Counted from the first letter of the stretch, positions 28,208 to 38,221 are shown. The stretch is DNA of 64,000 bases from Candidatus Poribacteria bacterium (GCA_009841255.1 VXMD01000035.1:4453-68452); one strand, 5' to 3'. Program-made: numbers and translations. The notes: generated from the letters alone by a model not told the origin.

Positions 28208-29420
28208 GTCTCCTCACAAAGTAGGATTCATTTTCCCGGGCTGACGTTCTGGCTTCATATCTGTAATTGTCTAATGTACGTGGTTTTTGGAACCATTGAA
28301 TAAGTTCTTGTATATTCGTCAAAAGACGCCATTCTGTCGCGAAACGTATACATAGATACATCGTCCCTTGTGTAAGAGAAATCTTTGGGATGCTAGTTTT
28401 GCGGAACTTATCAAACGCTTCGGGAAGATATTTTTCACAGGCTTTGTGTCGGACTTTGTCATTAACATCTTTCCACTGCCGTAGATCAGCATCACAAATC
28501 ATGAACGGGCTGACTTCTGAAAAAAACTGTGTGTTAAACCATGCCTCTGTGACGTCGGAGATATTAGGATTTTTCAATTTCGGGAAAGTTTTGGTCAAAT
28601 TCTGTCCAGCTTCCGTGAGTTGGTAAATGAAAGTATTTTTTTCTTTTGTTGCATCTAATAACCCAAGATCTAAGAGCCAGTGTAAACGGGAAGGGACTAT
28701 ATAAGCGGCATAACTCTCAGGCTTCCCCCATTCCCTCATAGCCCCAATTTGCCTGTCATGTAAGCGTCTTGTGATATGTTCCTGTGAACTTGTTAAAATT
28801 TTTGCTTCGAGACGCTCCAAAAAAAACTGCTCAAAATTCTTGTGTAGATTTTTGTTGTCGGGGTTTTCAAGCGATTGCACCATATTAATAACAGTTAGCA
28901 GAAAATCAGCGTCCTGTTGTAGAATTTGATAAATGTAAAAAATCCGTTCATCTTCACGAAGGCAGAATAAATTTGGATTTTCATTGGATTTATCATTGAC
29001 CAAACTCAAAAGAATTCTTCCAATTCTTGTTAATTGATAAACATTAGAAATTTGGGAGAGCAGCCCAAACTTAACCGCTAAATCAATATAGTTAATAGCT
29101 AATTGAATCATTCTTTTTTTTTGAATAGAGTGGGCAGCACCTGTTTGATATTTATAGTTTTCGAGATCATTTGTATGAGTATAACTCCAATTTCTTAACT
29201 TAATCGCTAAAACATCTTTACTTAATGGACGTGCTCTCACAAGCCCTAGTATTTGTGATAAATATCTAAGACGACGAACAAGCGAACTAGGGGCACTAAT
29301 GGCACGGTAAGAAATTTTCATAAATATTACTCCTACTTCTGTTCGGAAGTCATACCAAAGATTTTTTACAGTCTGTAACTCTAAATTCTGTACTACCGTT
29401 CTTTTGAATGTAGGACGCAT
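28200..29420 (-). CDS. Hypothetical 406-aa protein, the first gene of the operon divergent from dndC
   Basis: No DGQHR motif is present, so it is not a canonical DndB. It may be helix-rich or winged-helix. Confidence 0.45.
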   Translation of the reverse strand: MRPTFKRTVVQNLELQTVKNLWYDFRTEVGVIFMKISYRAISAPSSLVRRLRYLSQILGLVRARPLSKDVLAIKLRNWSYTHTNDLENYKYQTGAAHSIQKKRMIQLAINYIDLAVKFGLLSQISNVYQLTRIGRILLSLVNDKSNENPNLFCLREDERIFYIYQILQQDADFLLTVINMVQSLENPDNKNLHKNFEQFFLERLEAKILTSSQEHITRRLHDRQIGAMREWGKPESYAAYIVPSRLHWLLDLGLLDATKEKNTFIYQLTEAGQNLTKTFPKLKNPNISDVTEAWFNTQFFSEVSPFMICDADLRQWKDVNDKVRHKACEKYLPEAFDKFRKTSIPKISLTQGTMYLCIRFATEWRLLTNIQELIQWFQKPRTLDNYRYEARTSARENESYFVRRHE

Positions 29421-29556
29421 GAAATTCTGGAAGGTGAATGTCAGTCGGATTCAATATGGCAAGGAACGTTTGCTTCCGTTTAGCAGTCACTAATTGATAT
29501 TTTATCAGGAGTTGCGAATGGTCGCAAGCAAAAAACTGGAGTGTAGATGGAAAAAA

Positions 29557-29586
29557 GTGACATTTTAAACTGAATTATGCTATACT
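29557..29586 (+). promoter_or_regulatory. Candidate sigma70-type promoter for dndC
   Basis: GTGACA-18 nt-TATACT sits 57 nt upstream of the dndC ATG. Confidence 0.3.
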
Positions 29587-29642
29587 TTAGTAAGTGTGAT
29601 AGGTAATCAACCATTATTTTTCTTATGTTAAGGAATTAAATC

Positions 29643-31052
29643 ATGGCAGAAGCACCATACACCATCTTCGATTCGCGTACCCTTGACGATATCCATCGCG
29701 AAATTCAAGAGGTTTATCTTGAAAATGCTCGACCATGGGTTATCGGATATAGTGGTGGAAAAGATTCAACGACTGCTCTCCAGCTTGTTTGGAGTGCTAT
29801 CGCTGACCTGCCGCCTGAACAACGGAAATACCCAATCTATGTGATTTCGTCCGATACACTAGTTGAGACACCGGTAATCGTTAGCTATATTACTGGCACT
29901 TTAGACCGAATTAAGATGATCGCACGTCAACAGAATATGCCGTTTGAGACCTCACTTGTACACCCAAAAGTTGAGGACACCTTCTGGGCTTGTCTCATAG
30001 GCAAAGGGTACCCGGCACCGTATAGTCGTCTGCGCTGGTGCACGGATAAAATGAAAATTCGACCTGCTAACAGGTTTATCTTAGAAAAAGCTTCCGAATA
30101 TGGGGAGGTTATCCTTGTTCTTGGCGTGCGTAAAGGTGAAAGTGCTACACGTGATCAAGTAATGAACCTACATCAAACTAAAAATTCGTTACTTTTGCGG
30201 CATAGTTCACTTCCTAACGCGTTTGTCTACGCACCAATTGTCAATTTTAGTCTGAATGATGTTTGGATGTATTTATTAAGTAATCCTCCACCATGGGGAG
30301 GAGATCATAGGCAACTTGTTACGCTTTACCGGAACGCAAATGGACAGGGAGAATGCCCTCTTGTTGTCGACGAAACCACGCCATCATGCGGTAATAGTCG
30401 ATTTGGATGCTGGACTTGTACTGTTGTTTCTAAAGGTCACTCGATGGAGGGACTAATTGACAGTGGTCAAGATTGGATGTTACCATTACTTGAGTTTCGA
30501 GAGATTCTCATGGAAACTCAGGTACCTGAAAGGAAAGCGGATGTTCGAGAACATAGGAGGCGTAATGGGAAAGTTACAATAGACAAAAACAATGGAAAAT
30601 TGGTGCGTGGCCCTTATACCCTCGAATTCTGTAAAGAACTTTTAAGAAAACTTCTTGAGACTCAACAAAAGGTCCGTTTGATAGGACCTGATCCGAATAT
30701 CGAACTTATCACACATGCAGAACTTGAAGAAATTCGTAAAATTTGGCGAACTGAACGCCAAGATTGGGAGGATGCTGTTCCGCAGATTTACGCTGACGTT
30801 ATTGGTGAACATGAATGGATAGTTGATGATACGGTGGCCTTTTCGGCATCGGACAAGATGTTACTATCTGCAATTTGCGATGAAAAAAAGATACCTGTCA
30901 CTCTCGTGGCAAAATTGTTGGACACAGAACGGCAAATGGATGGTATGAGTCGGCGCGCGAGAATCCAATCTCAAATTGATGCAGTTTTCAGTGAAGATTG
31001 GGAATCAGAAGAAGAGGTTCTTACTGCCTTAAGTATTAGTAATCAACAATGA
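29643..31052 (+). CDS. dndC: DNA phosphorothioation sulfurtransferase DndC (PAPS-reductase-like PP-loop protein)
   Basis: The PP-loop motif GYSGGKDST and the Cys cluster CGNSRFGCWTC are present. The 469-aa gene is followed by overlapping dndD and dndE. Confidence 0.85.
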   Translation: MAEAPYTIFDSRTLDDIHREIQEVYLENARPWVIGYSGGKDSTTALQLVWSAIADLPPEQRKYPIYVISSDTLVETPVIVSYITGTLDRIKMIARQQNMPFETSLVHPKVEDTFWACLIGKGYPAPYSRLRWCTDKMKIRPANRFILEKASEYGEVILVLGVRKGESATRDQVMNLHQTKNSLLLRHSSLPNAFVYAPIVNFSLNDVWMYLLSNPPPWGGDHRQLVTLYRNANGQGECPLVVDETTPSCGNSRFGCWTCTVVSKGHSMEGLIDSGQDWMLPLLEFREILMETQVPERKADVREHRRRNGKVTIDKNNGKLVRGPYTLEFCKELLRKLLETQQKVRLIGPDPNIELITHAELEEIRKIWRTERQDWEDAVPQIYADVIGEHEWIVDDTVAFSASDKMLLSAICDEKKIPVTLVAKLLDTERQMDGMSRRARIQSQIDAVFSEDWESEEEVLTALSISNQQ

Positions 31053-33073
31053 TCCTTCACAAACTTACTCTCAACAATGTTGGTTTGTTCGGTAAATTAC
31101 AAACTGCTCGCCTTACACCGAAGAATGGCAAGCCTTTAATCCTGATTGGAGGGATGAACGGTACTGGAAAAACAACACTGTTGGAAGCCGTTCGCCTCTG
31201 TCTCTATGGTCGCCGGTCATTGGGATCTCGGGTTAGTCAGAATGAATACAACGAGTTCCTTTCTAAAATGATTCATAGGAGTCCTAATTTAGATCTGTCT
31301 CCAAAACAAGCATCTGTGTCGCTTGACTTTGAATATGCGCGTAGTAATGAAAAAATACTATTTCGTGTTGAGCGATCTTGGCAACGCTACGGCAGCGTCG
31401 GTAACATTAAGGAAAAACTAACAATATACGAAAATGATGAATTAAATACAGAGTTTGATGCGGGGCATTGGCAGGACTATCTTGATGAGCTGATACCAAT
31501 TGGTGTATCTCAATTTTTCTTTTTTGACGGTGAGGATATCCAGAAATTGACAGACGATTCCACTCACGATTTGTCCCTTGCTGAATCGATTAAGGCATTG
31601 CTTGGACTTAACTTAGTGGAGCGGTTGCAATCGGATCTGCATATCTATGCAAATCGTTTGGCAAAGCGCAGAAGTCCGGAACCTCTTCAGAAAGAATTTG
31701 AAACTGTAGAATCAGAAATCGAGACTCTTAGGTTGTCCCTCAAGAATGCAGATGAAACCTTAGAATCTATACAGACTGAAATTGAGAAATTAGAGTTGCA
31801 AATTGCGGAACAAGAATCCAAAATCGCCTCAGAAGGTGGGAATTATGGAAAAAAACGAGAAGGTTTGAAACTTCAACAGAAGCAACTCCATACTGAAACT
31901 GAAGAATTAGAAAATCAGATTCGTGACCTATGTGCGGAGTTGTTCCCGTTTGCGCTTGGCCCCGAACTACTCAAGCAGTTAAGAAAGCGGCTGCTTAGAG
32001 AAATTGAATTAAGCGAATGGGAGGCGCAAAATCGTGCCTTGAAAATTCAAAACATGAAACTCCTTGAAACACTTGATTCTGGAGCGTTTTGGGATGATGA
32101 CCTCTTATCAGAATCACAAATTGAAGTAGTTCGGTCCAAGATTGCCCCCCTTTTAAAGACGCAACTTAAACGTCCGGAAGAATTACAAACGTTCAAGAAA
32201 ATTCGGGACCGTTCTGCCTCAGAATATAACCAGTTATTAAAGTGGATTGATGCTTGTCTTAGTGATGTACCTCAAGAATTTCGGAAATTGAACGAAACTT
32301 TAAGAGAAACACACTTAAAACAGCAAAAAGTACAGCAGGCACTTCAAAGAGCACCAGACGAAGATGTACTAAAACCAATGCTTGAAAATCTATCGTCGTT
32401 AAATCAGATGCTTGGACAAGAATGTAAACAAGAAGAGGATACTAACAGATTGATACGTTCTCTGTCTCATCAGTTAGCAGAATCAGAACGTAAACTGGAA
32501 AAAATGTATAACACTCAGCAGCTAGGAACAGTAAACATCCAACGCCAACAACAAGTAAAGGATGTGCAATCAGTACTTTCTACGTATACAACCAAACTTA
32601 CACAAGCAAAAATTGAAACTCTGGGTAATGCTGTTGTCAAAGGCTTTAACCAACTCTCACACAAACCAGACCGAATTAAGCGAATTGAACTTAACCCACA
32701 GACTTTTGCTGTGACACTCTACGATACCTACAACCAACCTCTCTCAAAGGGAGAATTATCTGCCGGTGAAAAGCAAATATATACAACTGCCCTCTTATGG
32801 GGATTGGCAAAAACCTCTGGGAAGGCACTACCAATGATTCTTGATACTCCACTGGGACGTTTGGACGGTAGCCATCGTCGACTCCTTGCTGAACGTTATT
32901 TTCCGTATGCCAGTCATCAAGTGATTTTATTATCAACTGATACTGAAATTGAAAAATCCTTCTTTTCATTGTTGAAACCACATATTTCACACACACTCCA
33001 TTTAGTGTATCAGCAGTCTGAGGCTCGTACCACTATAGAAGATGGCTACTTTAGAGAATTATTATGCGATTAA
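31049..33073 (+). CDS. dndD: DNA phosphorothioation SMC-like ATPase DndD
   Basis: It has the Walker A motif IGGMNGTGKTTLL, a long coiled-coil middle and a C-terminal ABC signature and D-loop region (LSAGEKQ...MILDTPLGRLD). It is 674 aa and overlaps dndC by 4 nt. Confidence 0.85.
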   Translation: MILHKLTLNNVGLFGKLQTARLTPKNGKPLILIGGMNGTGKTTLLEAVRLCLYGRRSLGSRVSQNEYNEFLSKMIHRSPNLDLSPKQASVSLDFEYARSNEKILFRVERSWQRYGSVGNIKEKLTIYENDELNTEFDAGHWQDYLDELIPIGVSQFFFFDGEDIQKLTDDSTHDLSLAESIKALLGLNLVERLQSDLHIYANRLAKRRSPEPLQKEFETVESEIETLRLSLKNADETLESIQTEIEKLELQIAEQESKIASEGGNYGKKREGLKLQQKQLHTETEELENQIRDLCAELFPFALGPELLKQLRKRLLREIELSEWEAQNRALKIQNMKLLETLDSGAFWDDDLLSESQIEVVRSKIAPLLKTQLKRPEELQTFKKIRDRSASEYNQLLKWIDACLSDVPQEFRKLNETLRETHLKQQKVQQALQRAPDEDVLKPMLENLSSLNQMLGQECKQEEDTNRLIRSLSHQLAESERKLEKMYNTQQLGTVNIQRQQQVKDVQSVLSTYTTKLTQAKIETLGNAVVKGFNQLSHKPDRIKRIELNPQTFAVTLYDTYNQPLSKGELSAGEKQIYTTALLWGLAKTSGKALPMILDTPLGRLDGSHRRLLAERYFPYASHQVILLSTDTEIEKSFFSLLKPHISHTLHLVYQQSEARTTIEDGYFRELLCD

Positions 33074-33426
33074 ATCGAATTCAGATATCTGAGGATTCCC
33101 GCAATAAATTGAGCATTCTGAAAGGCCGGACAGGATTGCTACCAAATGTTCTTAGCAGAATCGGGCTGATGCTTTCTCTAACCGAAGCAAATGAACCAGT
33201 CCTTGATGTAGATACTACGGATGGATCTGAATTTAACCGTTTCACACTGATGGGGGAGTGGGACTCGCTGATTATAGCACTGTTGGAGGAAAGAGGTAGT
33301 GTTAATGGTATGATCAAAGATAACGATACTCTGGTCAAATACTTTCGGGCACATCTAAATCGCGGTGTTCTACTGTTGTACAGTCGAGTGAAAGGGATTG
33401 AGGATTTAGTGAATCTTTTGCCTTGA
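33064..33426 (+). CDS. dndE: DNA phosphorothioation protein DndE
   Basis: The 120-aa ORF overlaps the dndD stop. The size and position are canonical for dndE. Confidence 0.65.
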   Translation: MRLNRIQISEDSRNKLSILKGRTGLLPNVLSRIGLMLSLTEANEPVLDVDTTDGSEFNRFTLMGEWDSLIIALLEERGSVNGMIKDNDTLVKYFRAHLNRGVLLLYSRVKGIEDLVNLLP

Positions 33427-33438
33427 CATTCTATTCAA

Positions 33439-33909
33439 CTAAGATATTAAATCTTTGTATGGTTCCCAGTTTAACAATAGATCAACTAAATTTTCAACTC
33501 TATTACCAGGGGCCTCTTCAACCTGTTCTTTAATCACAATAATTCCGCTATTAGCATATCCTTCTGCAATTCTTTGTATTTCTTTTTCATTTGTTAATAC
33601 TTCTGGATTTCCTGTTTTAGCCAGTGCCAAAGCGCGGAGAAGGGCTAAATCGTCCTCTTTAAATACAGTTCTCGCGAAAATATTCCGACGGTTTGTCCCC
33701 AGAGGAACCCATTTTTCCTGAAGGAATCCAATAAACGCGGCCAACATAAATAGGTTTTTCATTCCCTTAAAAGGCGGGTACTTCTCTCCTTCTCGGGATT
33801 CTTTTAGGGTTACATAGAGTGGATGATAGGACTCATCAATATAGACATAGTCTAGGGCTTGTACTTGTTCTGTTGTATTTGTTTCAATGCTTTCAGCAGT
33901 CATTATCAA
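33439..33909 (-). CDS. Hypothetical 156-aa protein, the last gene of the nuclease-helicase/ATPase operon. It has weak DndE-like similarity.
   Basis: An ATGA overlap links it to the upstream ATPase gene. Short local resemblances to DndE in this window: EDDLALLRALALAKTG against EWDSLIIALLEERG, and NRVENLVDLLLN against GIEDLVNLL. Confidence 0.45.
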   Translation of the reverse strand: MIMTAESIETNTTEQVQALDYVYIDESYHPLYVTLKESREGEKYPPFKGMKNLFMLAAFIGFLQEKWVPLGTNRRNIFARTVFKEDDLALLRALALAKTGNPEVLTNEKEIQRIAEGYANSGIIVIKEQVEEAPGNRVENLVDLLLNWEPYKDLIS

Positions 33910-35849
33910 TTTCCATTCTTATGCAATTCGTTGATCGTGGTTATGCTTATCTCATCGTCGAAATGCAATTCGTATTCCGCGCCGATCCGTGGTTCAAGAT
34001 TCCTCCATGCTCGCTCATCAGGTCGTAGTTCCTGGTCTGTAACAAATAAAATCAATTGGCTAGCGATAGAAGGAATGGTTTCGGTAATGTTTTCTTTTGG
34101 TTTATCGGAGAGTTTCGTAAAAGGAGCATCCATTACAATAGGAAAACGCTCTGTCGGCATATTAGACAACTTTTCCTTAACTGCTACTTTTGCTAGAGCA
34201 GCAATGAAAGCAAGGCTCAAAACCTCACGTTCTCCAGCAGATATCTCTGGACTTACCTGTCCATCATAGCGATCAATTACCTGAAGTTCGTAATTTGAAC
34301 TAAGACGTACCTCACGAAATGTATTTTCCTTCCATATCAATTTCTTGAAAATATCGCTGACCTCAATTTCAAGGTCTTTTCGCATATCCTCTTCAAGCGG
34401 GGCATATAATTCTTCCATTGCTGCTGCTGATTCCATAGCAAGCCGTCGACAACACTTCAGACGTTCTGCTTGAACTTCTAAAGATTTTGCCCTATCAATT
34501 TTCTGATCTAATGATTCTATTTCTACTTTGATTTCTTTAAGTCTACCTTTGTCTTGGTTAATCTTCGCTTCTAAATCTCTGATGTCCCGTTCGTATTCTT
34601 CCTGAGTTTTTTTATGTCTCTGGAAGTCATCGTCATCGAAATTTTCAAGAATCTTCTTAATTTCGTCTAAACGTGCTTCATTTGCCTCAATGTCCTTCTC
34701 TAGGCGTTGTTCGTCACTTAGTGTGGATTTAACATCAACAGGGATATTTTCAACCTTAGCCTCCAACAAGCGATTCAAACTGTTTTCTGTTTCTCTTACA
34801 GTAATACCAAACTCGGGAGAAACATTTTGAGAAATCAAATTTTGAATATGTTCATATTCCGGGCTCTCAGGATGAATAGATCTTCCACAAAGACAACGCA
34901 TATGTTCAAGTAAATCGTTCAGAATTGCATCAGGAATTCCGATCGGGGCTTTATTGCTACGGAGAATTGCTAATGCTTTTTCTATAGCAGATTGTGCTAA
35001 AGGGATAAAACCGTCATTAGCGAGTTGCAGAATCTTTTCCTGATACTTATCTTTTTCATCACCAAGCCTTTTCAGATTTGCTTTGATCGCTTTTTGTTCT
35101 TCAAAAAGCCGGCGAGTTTCCGAAAATTGTACAAGCACCTTCTCTAGGTCTTGTTTATGCTTCTGTGCGATTTTAACCTTTTTTACTTTATCTTTGATTT
35201 CCTCTGAAATTTTGACCCAAAGTGCTTCCTTTTCCTCTTTTTCACTAATTAATGCCTTTAATTCGTCCGGCACGTATTTCTTAAATTCACGCTGATAATC
35301 TCGAGTTACCTTTTCTAAATGTGTTATACCACGTTCAAACAACTCTATCCTCAGCACATTATGCACAGCACTTTTGATTTCATCTTCATTTCCTGGTTTG
35401 GCAAAATTATCTATCTTTTCGCCATCAAAAAAGAAGTGAGCACTTACATCTTCAGGAATAATAGACTGGATTTTGTCTGATGCACCAGCATCTAAATCTG
35501 CGGGTTCATTCTCTTTTTCCAGCAAAAAAGTTGGTTTATTATTGCGAAGCCATTGGCATTTCCGTTCTACTCGGTATCTAACATCCTGATCAATAAAACC
35601 TATTTCTACTGAAGTATCAACATTTTTTGCTTGCGCCACAACACGTCTATTCACGAATTCGCGGGTGTTTCCTTTAAAAAATGAATCTCCATACAAACAC
35701 CAGTTAAGAGCAGTAAGCAAAGAAGTTTTTCCTGTGCCATTAACTCCTCTGATGACTGTCACATTGCGATATTTATCAGTAGCAAAATGAATAGTTTGCT
35801 CACCATAATATGGACAGAAATTTTTTAACTTAATATAGTTAAGTATCAT
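33906..35849 (-). CDS. DndD-like SMC/ABC-type ATPase (second paralog)
   Basis: It has the Walker A motif VIRGVNGTGKTSLL, a long coiled coil, and a C-terminal signature and D-loop region (ISAGEREVL...IVMDAPFTKLSD). The N-terminus MILNYIKLKNF parallels the DndD N-terminus MILHKLTLNNV. Confidence 0.75.
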   Translation of the reverse strand: MILNYIKLKNFCPYYGEQTIHFATDKYRNVTVIRGVNGTGKTSLLTALNWCLYGDSFFKGNTREFVNRRVVAQAKNVDTSVEIGFIDQDVRYRVERKCQWLRNNKPTFLLEKENEPADLDAGASDKIQSIIPEDVSAHFFFDGEKIDNFAKPGNEDEIKSAVHNVLRIELFERGITHLEKVTRDYQREFKKYVPDELKALISEKEEKEALWVKISEEIKDKVKKVKIAQKHKQDLEKVLVQFSETRRLFEEQKAIKANLKRLGDEKDKYQEKILQLANDGFIPLAQSAIEKALAILRSNKAPIGIPDAILNDLLEHMRCLCGRSIHPESPEYEHIQNLISQNVSPEFGITVRETENSLNRLLEAKVENIPVDVKSTLSDEQRLEKDIEANEARLDEIKKILENFDDDDFQRHKKTQEEYERDIRDLEAKINQDKGRLKEIKVEIESLDQKIDRAKSLEVQAERLKCCRRLAMESAAAMEELYAPLEEDMRKDLEIEVSDIFKKLIWKENTFREVRLSSNYELQVIDRYDGQVSPEISAGEREVLSLAFIAALAKVAVKEKLSNMPTERFPIVMDAPFTKLSDKPKENITETIPSIASQLILFVTDQELRPDERAWRNLEPRIGAEYELHFDDEISITTINELHKNGN

Positions 35850-36016
35850 TGGGAGTCAACTTCCTTTTCAATGATTTTCTGAATATCTTCAATAATACCG
35901 CGAGGATTTCGCATATGCAGTTTTTGACGTTCAGCTGTAAGGACTTTACGAATCACGTTTTCTATCTGATGAGTTAAGTCTGTCTTTGCTTTAGGTAATT
36001 GTTTTTTTTCTTTCAT
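35846..36016 (-). CDS. Small 56-aa protein, absent from the ORF track, translationally coupled on both sides
   Basis: The sequence is MKEKKQLPKAKTDLTHQIENVIRKVLTAERQKLHMRNPRGIIEDIQKIIEKEVDSQ. Its ATG overlaps the upstream TGA (TGATGA) and its TGA overlaps the downstream ATG (ATGA). Confidence 0.4.
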   Translation of the reverse strand: MKEKKQLPKAKTDLTHQIENVIRKVLTAERQKLHMRNPRGIIEDIQKIIEKEVDSQ

Positions 36017-38082
36017 CAAGCTTCCCCTAACGCTCCCAAAAGGTTGTAATACTTAGCAAGTTCCCATATTTTATCACGTGCCTCAAATTTATTTAAGGCC
36101 ATTCCAGCAAATTCGCTAAATCTCTTTAGTTCGCGTGCAACGATTTTGCGCTCGGTAGCAAATGTTGCAGTTGGATATTGCTGGTAATCCATAGGTGGTA
36201 CAGCGATTAGGTCATGGATCTCTGCGTGTTCTTTACCAAGAGACTGCCTGAGAATCCGTCCACGCCGCTGAATAAATTCCTTCGGATTACTACTGCTCGC
36301 AAGGATATAAGCGGTTCGAGTGCTTGGCACGTCAACGCCTTCGTCCAGACACCTCATTGCTACAAGAGCTTGAAGATGTCCAGATGCGAACATCTTTAAC
36401 AATTCTTGTCTTTTAGCAGCTGATTCCTCCGCAGTGAATTTCGCAATTCGTAATTTCAAATTGGTTAATAATTCAAGAACTGAATCTACTCGTCCAGGAG
36501 CACAGTAAAATAATGTATGATGGAGTGAATCGGTTTTGTCAAATAATAATTCTGCCAACTTTGCCAACTTGTTTTCTGCTCGGTTAAGCAGTGCCGCTCG
36601 TTTTATCAGCAATCGTTCAAGTGCTTCACTTGTCTCACCAGATTCTACCAGATGATAAAGTTTTGAAATCCTTTCTGTGAGACGTTCATACTCCTCAAAT
36701 TCGCTGTCAGTCAACTCAACGAGATATGGATGATAATAGTAAGAACAGAGATATCCCTGTTTAATTGCTTTGTCGAGAGAAAATTCGTAAATTGTATCTC
36801 CAAAATAACTCCTGAGGGCAGCCGTACCTGGTGTGTCAAACCAGCGGTTAGGTGTTGCTGACAAGCCGAGACGGTAATTAAAAACCTCAGTTAATCTCTT
36901 GCCGCTTTGTTCTGCTCCAAGGTGGTGGACTTCATCCGCTACTAAAATAGCATCGCGTTTCAATTTGGAAAGTAATTTCTGCATGGTGTCATTTATAAAA
37001 GTGGTCTGTGTCGTAATAGTACAGACAACATCGCGAACACCATAATTATATCGCACTAAGGCAGTATTAAGCCGATTCACCCAAGTGGCAGAGCTTTTGT
37101 ATGCCAGGATTGGTTCAAATCCAAACCTGACTGCCTCCTCGTACCACTGATCAACGAGGTGCTGATATGGACACGCGATAACTACAAATAAATTTCCTTT
37201 TTCCCCTTTTAGTTTGGAAAGGGCAGAAAGAGCCGTGATCGTTTTACCAGTACCCGTCGCCATTTCCCATAAACCACGACATCTGTTCTTAAACCAAGCA
37301 TCAATCGCTTCAGACTGATACCCTCTTAATACTATGTCTTTTGGTAAATAAGGGGCGGTTTTTTCAATTATTTCTGGTTCATCTGTTGTCTCTGCTTGTT
37401 CTGTTTCATAGACCGTCTGATGGATTAAAAGTTCTTCCGTAACAGCACTTAGGAAATTTACAACATCCAACTTATCCGTGTTATTATCCCACAATTTCTT
37501 AAAATTATCTACTTTTTGTTGGACGCGTTCTTGAGTGTCATCCCATGACCAATGAACATCAATGGATTCAAAATTGTTTAGCAAACCGCCGACAGTTTCA
37601 TTTGATGAACCTGAAAATGCTACGGCGTTGTTATCATCATCTAAAAAGACTCCTATCTTTTCGTGATAGACTGCATGCTGATAATTTGTGTTTGAATCAG
37701 AGGGGAATGCGATTTTAATCTCTAAATGACCATGGGCAATTAACCAAGTGAGTAGCATTAATCTATCATGGGAAACTTGCAGAAAATCGCAGTCAAGGGA
37801 GGAATCTAAATTTTGTTTTCTTGCTTTGTAGCCGTATTGAATCGCCTCAATGTCATCTGACATCAATTTAGGTCCAGTTACCAAACTCATTTGCCCACCA
37901 TGCCGAATAAAAGTGGACAATCCTTTCACGTTCAAAGCAAGACCATTGCTAGTGAAATAGGCAACTGCACGATAATACCGTATGGCGTTTCTCAGACATG
38001 GTGTATAAAAGTCTGTAACAAGATTGGATCCGTCGGAACGATATTCAGATTGTAGCGATAGTTCTCTGAGTGACATAGGCAA
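36016..38082 (-). CDS. PLD-family (HKD) nuclease domain fused to an SF2 DEAD/DEAH-type helicase
   Basis: The single HKD motif is YHEKIGVFLDDDNNAVAFSGSSNET (HxK...D...GSxN). The helicase motifs are I (ATGTGKT), II (DEVHH) and VI (QRRGRILR). The protein is 688 aa. Confidence 0.8.
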   Translation of the reverse strand: MPMSLRELSLQSEYRSDGSNLVTDFYTPCLRNAIRYYRAVAYFTSNGLALNVKGLSTFIRHGGQMSLVTGPKLMSDDIEAIQYGYKARKQNLDSSLDCDFLQVSHDRLMLLTWLIAHGHLEIKIAFPSDSNTNYQHAVYHEKIGVFLDDDNNAVAFSGSSNETVGGLLNNFESIDVHWSWDDTQERVQQKVDNFKKLWDNNTDKLDVVNFLSAVTEELLIHQTVYETEQAETTDEPEIIEKTAPYLPKDIVLRGYQSEAIDAWFKNRCRGLWEMATGTGKTITALSALSKLKGEKGNLFVVIACPYQHLVDQWYEEAVRFGFEPILAYKSSATWVNRLNTALVRYNYGVRDVVCTITTQTTFINDTMQKLLSKLKRDAILVADEVHHLGAEQSGKRLTEVFNYRLGLSATPNRWFDTPGTAALRSYFGDTIYEFSLDKAIKQGYLCSYYYHPYLVELTDSEFEEYERLTERISKLYHLVESGETSEALERLLIKRAALLNRAENKLAKLAELLFDKTDSLHHTLFYCAPGRVDSVLELLTNLKLRIAKFTAEESAAKRQELLKMFASGHLQALVAMRCLDEGVDVPSTRTAYILASSSNPKEFIQRRGRILRQSLGKEHAEIHDLIAVPPMDYQQYPTATFATERKIVARELKRFSEFAGMALNKFEARDKIWELAKYYNLLGALGEA

Positions 38083-38221
38083 TTTCTGTTAAGGTTAATT
38101 AATATCTAACACATTACATTGTAACATATTTTGAAAAAAAAGTCAAAAATTTTCCTGACTTCTTTTTTGTAGAGGGTGTGTAAATATTTTGGCAGCGTCC
38201 TTGAGATGTCCCCTAAAACGT

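Noticed and set aside
28200-29420. The 406-aa protein as DndB
   Set aside because: No DGQHR motif or ParB-like signature was found on inspection.
29643-33426. An alternative reading of the PAPS-reductase-like gene as SspD (Ssp system) or BREX type-4 BrxP
   Set aside because: The gene order is PP-loop protein, then SMC-like ATPase, then a 120-aa protein, with overlapping junctions. This fits dndCDE. Ssp has a different upstream order (sspABC before sspD), and those genes are not present on this strand.
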